A DNA stretch of 64,000 bases. It comes from Waterburya sp. (GTDB taxonomy: Bacteria > Cyanobacteriota > Cyanobacteriia > Cyanobacteriales > Xenococcaceae). The position numbers and the translations under genes are program-made. The DNA is taken from the NCBI GenBank assembly GCA_965217895.1, contig CBDCJV010000002.1:2368001-2432000 (forward strand). The letters are read 5' to 3'. This document shows positions 61,833-64,000 of this stretch, one piece after another (the first letter of the stretch is position 1; each line of letters begins with the position of its first letter). The notes under the pieces are model-generated. The model was not told the DNA's origin, made no database searches, and was given only the letters and a program-made list of their open reading frames with translations.

Positions 61833-62681
61833 ATGGTGGCACTCAAATCAAGAAGCAGCGATGACAGCAGTATGGACGCTGTTAAAAAATCTCAAACTGG
61901 ACAGCTAATAATCATTGGTGGCGGGGAAGACAAAGAAGGTGAATGTAAAATATTAAGAGAATTTATCCGCCGTGCAGGAGGCAGAGATGCTCGAATCGCG
62001 GTGATGACTGTAGCGACATCTTTACCTGGGGAAGTAGGCTTAGAATATCGCGATCTATTTGAAAAGTTGGGTGCAGACATAGTAGATATTGTTGATACCG
62101 AACGAAGAGAAGATGCTAGCTATTCGCGAAATTTAGAAATTATTGAAAGTGCTACTGGAGTGTTCTTTACAGGTGGCGATCAGGCTCGGATTACCGAAGT
62201 ACTTAAAGACAGTGAACTTGACGATTTGCTTCATCAAAAGTTTGAGCGCGGTTTAGTTATTGCAGGTACAAGTGCTGGAGCTGCTATGATGCCTGATATT
62301 ATGATCGTCGAAGGCGATGGTGAAACTAATCCCCGTCTTGATAGTGTTACTTTAGAGCCAGGTATGGGCTTTTTACCCCAAGTTGCGATCGATCAGCATT
62401 TTTCCCAAAGAGGTAGACTGGGTAGATTTATTTCTGCTTTGATTCAACAGCCAGCGGTATTGGGTTTTGGTATTGACGAAGATACGGCGATCGCTGTAGA
62501 TGGAGATGAAATCGAAGTTATTGGTGAAGGCGCAGTAACTATAGTTGATGTTGCTAATCTTAGTCATACCAACCTCAAAGAATCTCTAAACGACGAAGCT
62601 TTAGCAATTTGTGGTGCCAAGCTGCATATTTTACCTAATGGTTATCGCTTTAGTCTTAAGCAAAGAGATTGTCTTTGTTAA
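61833..62681 (+). CDS. cphB: Cyanophycinase (peptidase S51)
   Basis: IIGGGEDK, FFTGGDQ, GTSAG, IDQHFSQRGR, GIDEDT. Confidence 0.92.
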   Translation: MVALKSRSSDDSSMDAVKKSQTGQLIIIGGGEDKEGECKILREFIRRAGGRDARIAVMTVATSLPGEVGLEYRDLFEKLGADIVDIVDTERREDASYSRNLEIIESATGVFFTGGDQARITEVLKDSELDDLLHQKFERGLVIAGTSAGAAMMPDIMIVEGDGETNPRLDSVTLEPGMGFLPQVAIDQHFSQRGRLGRFISALIQQPAVLGFGIDEDTAIAVDGDEIEVIGEGAVTIVDVANLSHTNLKESLNDEALAICGAKLHILPNGYRFSLKQRDCLC

Positions 62682-62881
62682 TAAGCAATAGTTAGGACAG
62701 TTAAAGCAGTAAAGATGTTCAAAAACTTAAGGCTGGGTTAGATTGGTCTGGAGGTATTTCTAAGCGCGATCCGATCGTGGTGCAGTTTCGGCTACAATCT
62801 AGCGAGCGATAAGCCTACGGCATGGCTTCGCTACGCATTTTGCTAACGTGTGGTTGCTCCTTATTTTTCATCCCTTAAATC

Positions 62882-64000
62882 ATGATTCCATCAAGACGAT
62901 GTTATGTACTGCTATCAATAGGTGGTGCGAGTGCTGCGCTACTGGATGTTTTAATCAATCGTCAGGTGAGTTTAAATTTTCTGGGGATTTATGATTTTGC
63001 TTTACTAGTGGCAACCATTGCCGATGCATCTGGAGTTAAGTCTAATGCAGTTGAGGTAGTACGGCAGCCAATAGATCGCCTCTCAGTCGGCAGAGATAAC
63101 CCAATTGAGTTACAGATCCAAGCTAATAAAAATAAAGCTACTGTCCTTATCCGCGATGCTTTCCCTCAAGAGTTTACGGTTGACAAAGACATTCTAAAAG
63201 TCAACATACCTGCCAATAGCATTAGTGAACAAACTTATATTATTCATCCTGATAGTCGTGGAGAATACGAGTGGGGCGATATTCATATTCGTCAGTTGGG
63301 CAAGCTTAGTTTAGCTTGGCGAGATTGGAAAATACCAGCCAAACAGAAAGTAACGATTTATCCAGATTTAATTGGCTTAAAGCAGCTTTCAATTCGCTTG
63401 ACCATTGAAAATAGTGGCGCAATGCGTCAGGCGAGAAGACTGGGTAACGGTACAGAATTTGCTGAGTTAAGGGAATATAGTTCGGGGGAAGATATTCGCC
63501 TGATTGACTGGAAAGCTACTGCCCGTCGCGATCGCCCTGTAGTTAGAGTTTTAGAACCAGAACAAGAACAAACCATCTTTACCTTACTAGATCGGGGGCG
63601 TTTGATGACTGCTAGGGTGGAGGGTCTAAAACGATTTGATTGGGGCTTAAATGCCACCTTGTCTCTAGCTTTGGCAGGGTTAAGCCGTGGAGATAAAGTC
63701 GGGGTGGCAGCATTCGATCGCGATATCACAACCTGGATACCACCAGAACGGGGTAATCATCATTTATCAAAACTAGTTGATCGCCTGACACCAATTCAGC
63801 CTGTATTATTAGAACCAGATTATCTTGGTGCAGTAACTAAAGTTATCACCCAACAAACTCGCCGTGCTTTGGTAGTAGTCATCACAGATATAGTTGATGA
63901 GACAGCATCGAGTGAATTACTCAGTGCCATGATGCGACTGTCTCCCCGTTATCTGCCTTTCTGTGTCACTCTCCGCGATCCTGTAATTGATCGGCTTGCT
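62882..64000 (+). CDS. DUF58 (vWA-like, MoxR-associated) protein, runs off the window
   Basis: MIPSRRCY.. two TM; later GTEFAELREY..GEDIRLIDWKATARR..LDRGRLM; absent from the ORF track because it has no stop in the window. Confidence 0.88.
   Translation, partial: MIPSRRCYVLLSIGGASAALLDVLINRQVSLNFLGIYDFALLVATIADASGVKSNAVEVVRQPIDRLSVGRDNPIELQIQANKNKATVLIRDAFPQEFTVDKDILKVNIPANSISEQTYIIHPDSRGEYEWGDIHIRQLGKLSLAWRDWKIPAKQKVTIYPDLIGLKQLSIRLTIENSGAMRQARRLGNGTEFAELREYSSGEDIRLIDWKATARRDRPVVRVLEPEQEQTIFTLLDRGRLMTARVEGLKRFDWGLNATLSLALAGLSRGDKVGVAAFDRDITTWIPPERGNHHLSKLVDRLTPIQPVLLEPDYLGAVTKVITQQTRRALVVVITDIVDETASSELLSAMMRLSPRYLPFCVTLRDPVIDRLA

Overview
AT-rich cyanobacterial chromosomal segment with very frequent HIP1 octamers (GCGATCGC). 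It carries psbV, cpcT and cyanophycin genes; an order such as Pleurocapsales is a guess, not established. Conserved genes (glnB, pyrF, uvrC, mutM, upp, sodB, the sbp-cysTWA sulfate transporter, a Wzc-like kinase, cobA, psbV, cphA2/cphB, a DUF58 gene) alternate with accessory blocks. (1) Between glnB and pyrF (~8.9-17.8 kb) lies a cassette-like array of toxin-antitoxin pairs and small genes. They are separated by same-orientation spacers built from a few reused modules whose borders fall on HIP1 sites, with duplicated and HIP1-truncated cassette fragments and no integrase. This is my top candidate for an undescribed HIP1-jointed cassette system. (2) Across the window there is a nested set of tiny non-coding mobile elements: 42-50 nt interrupted hairpins, a 250-363 bp TTAC-targeted element with no target duplication, and several MITEs. 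Their mobility can be read from reconstructable empty sites inside two dead IS elements (ISAs1, IS5) and one MITE. (3) A redox/detox island (~18.8-28.5 kb) has a NarL-type two-component system, a duplicated ~180 bp leader and a SOD paralogue with substituted gateway residues. I recognised no rRNA, tRNA or CRISPR array. All family calls come from reading motifs, not from database searches.
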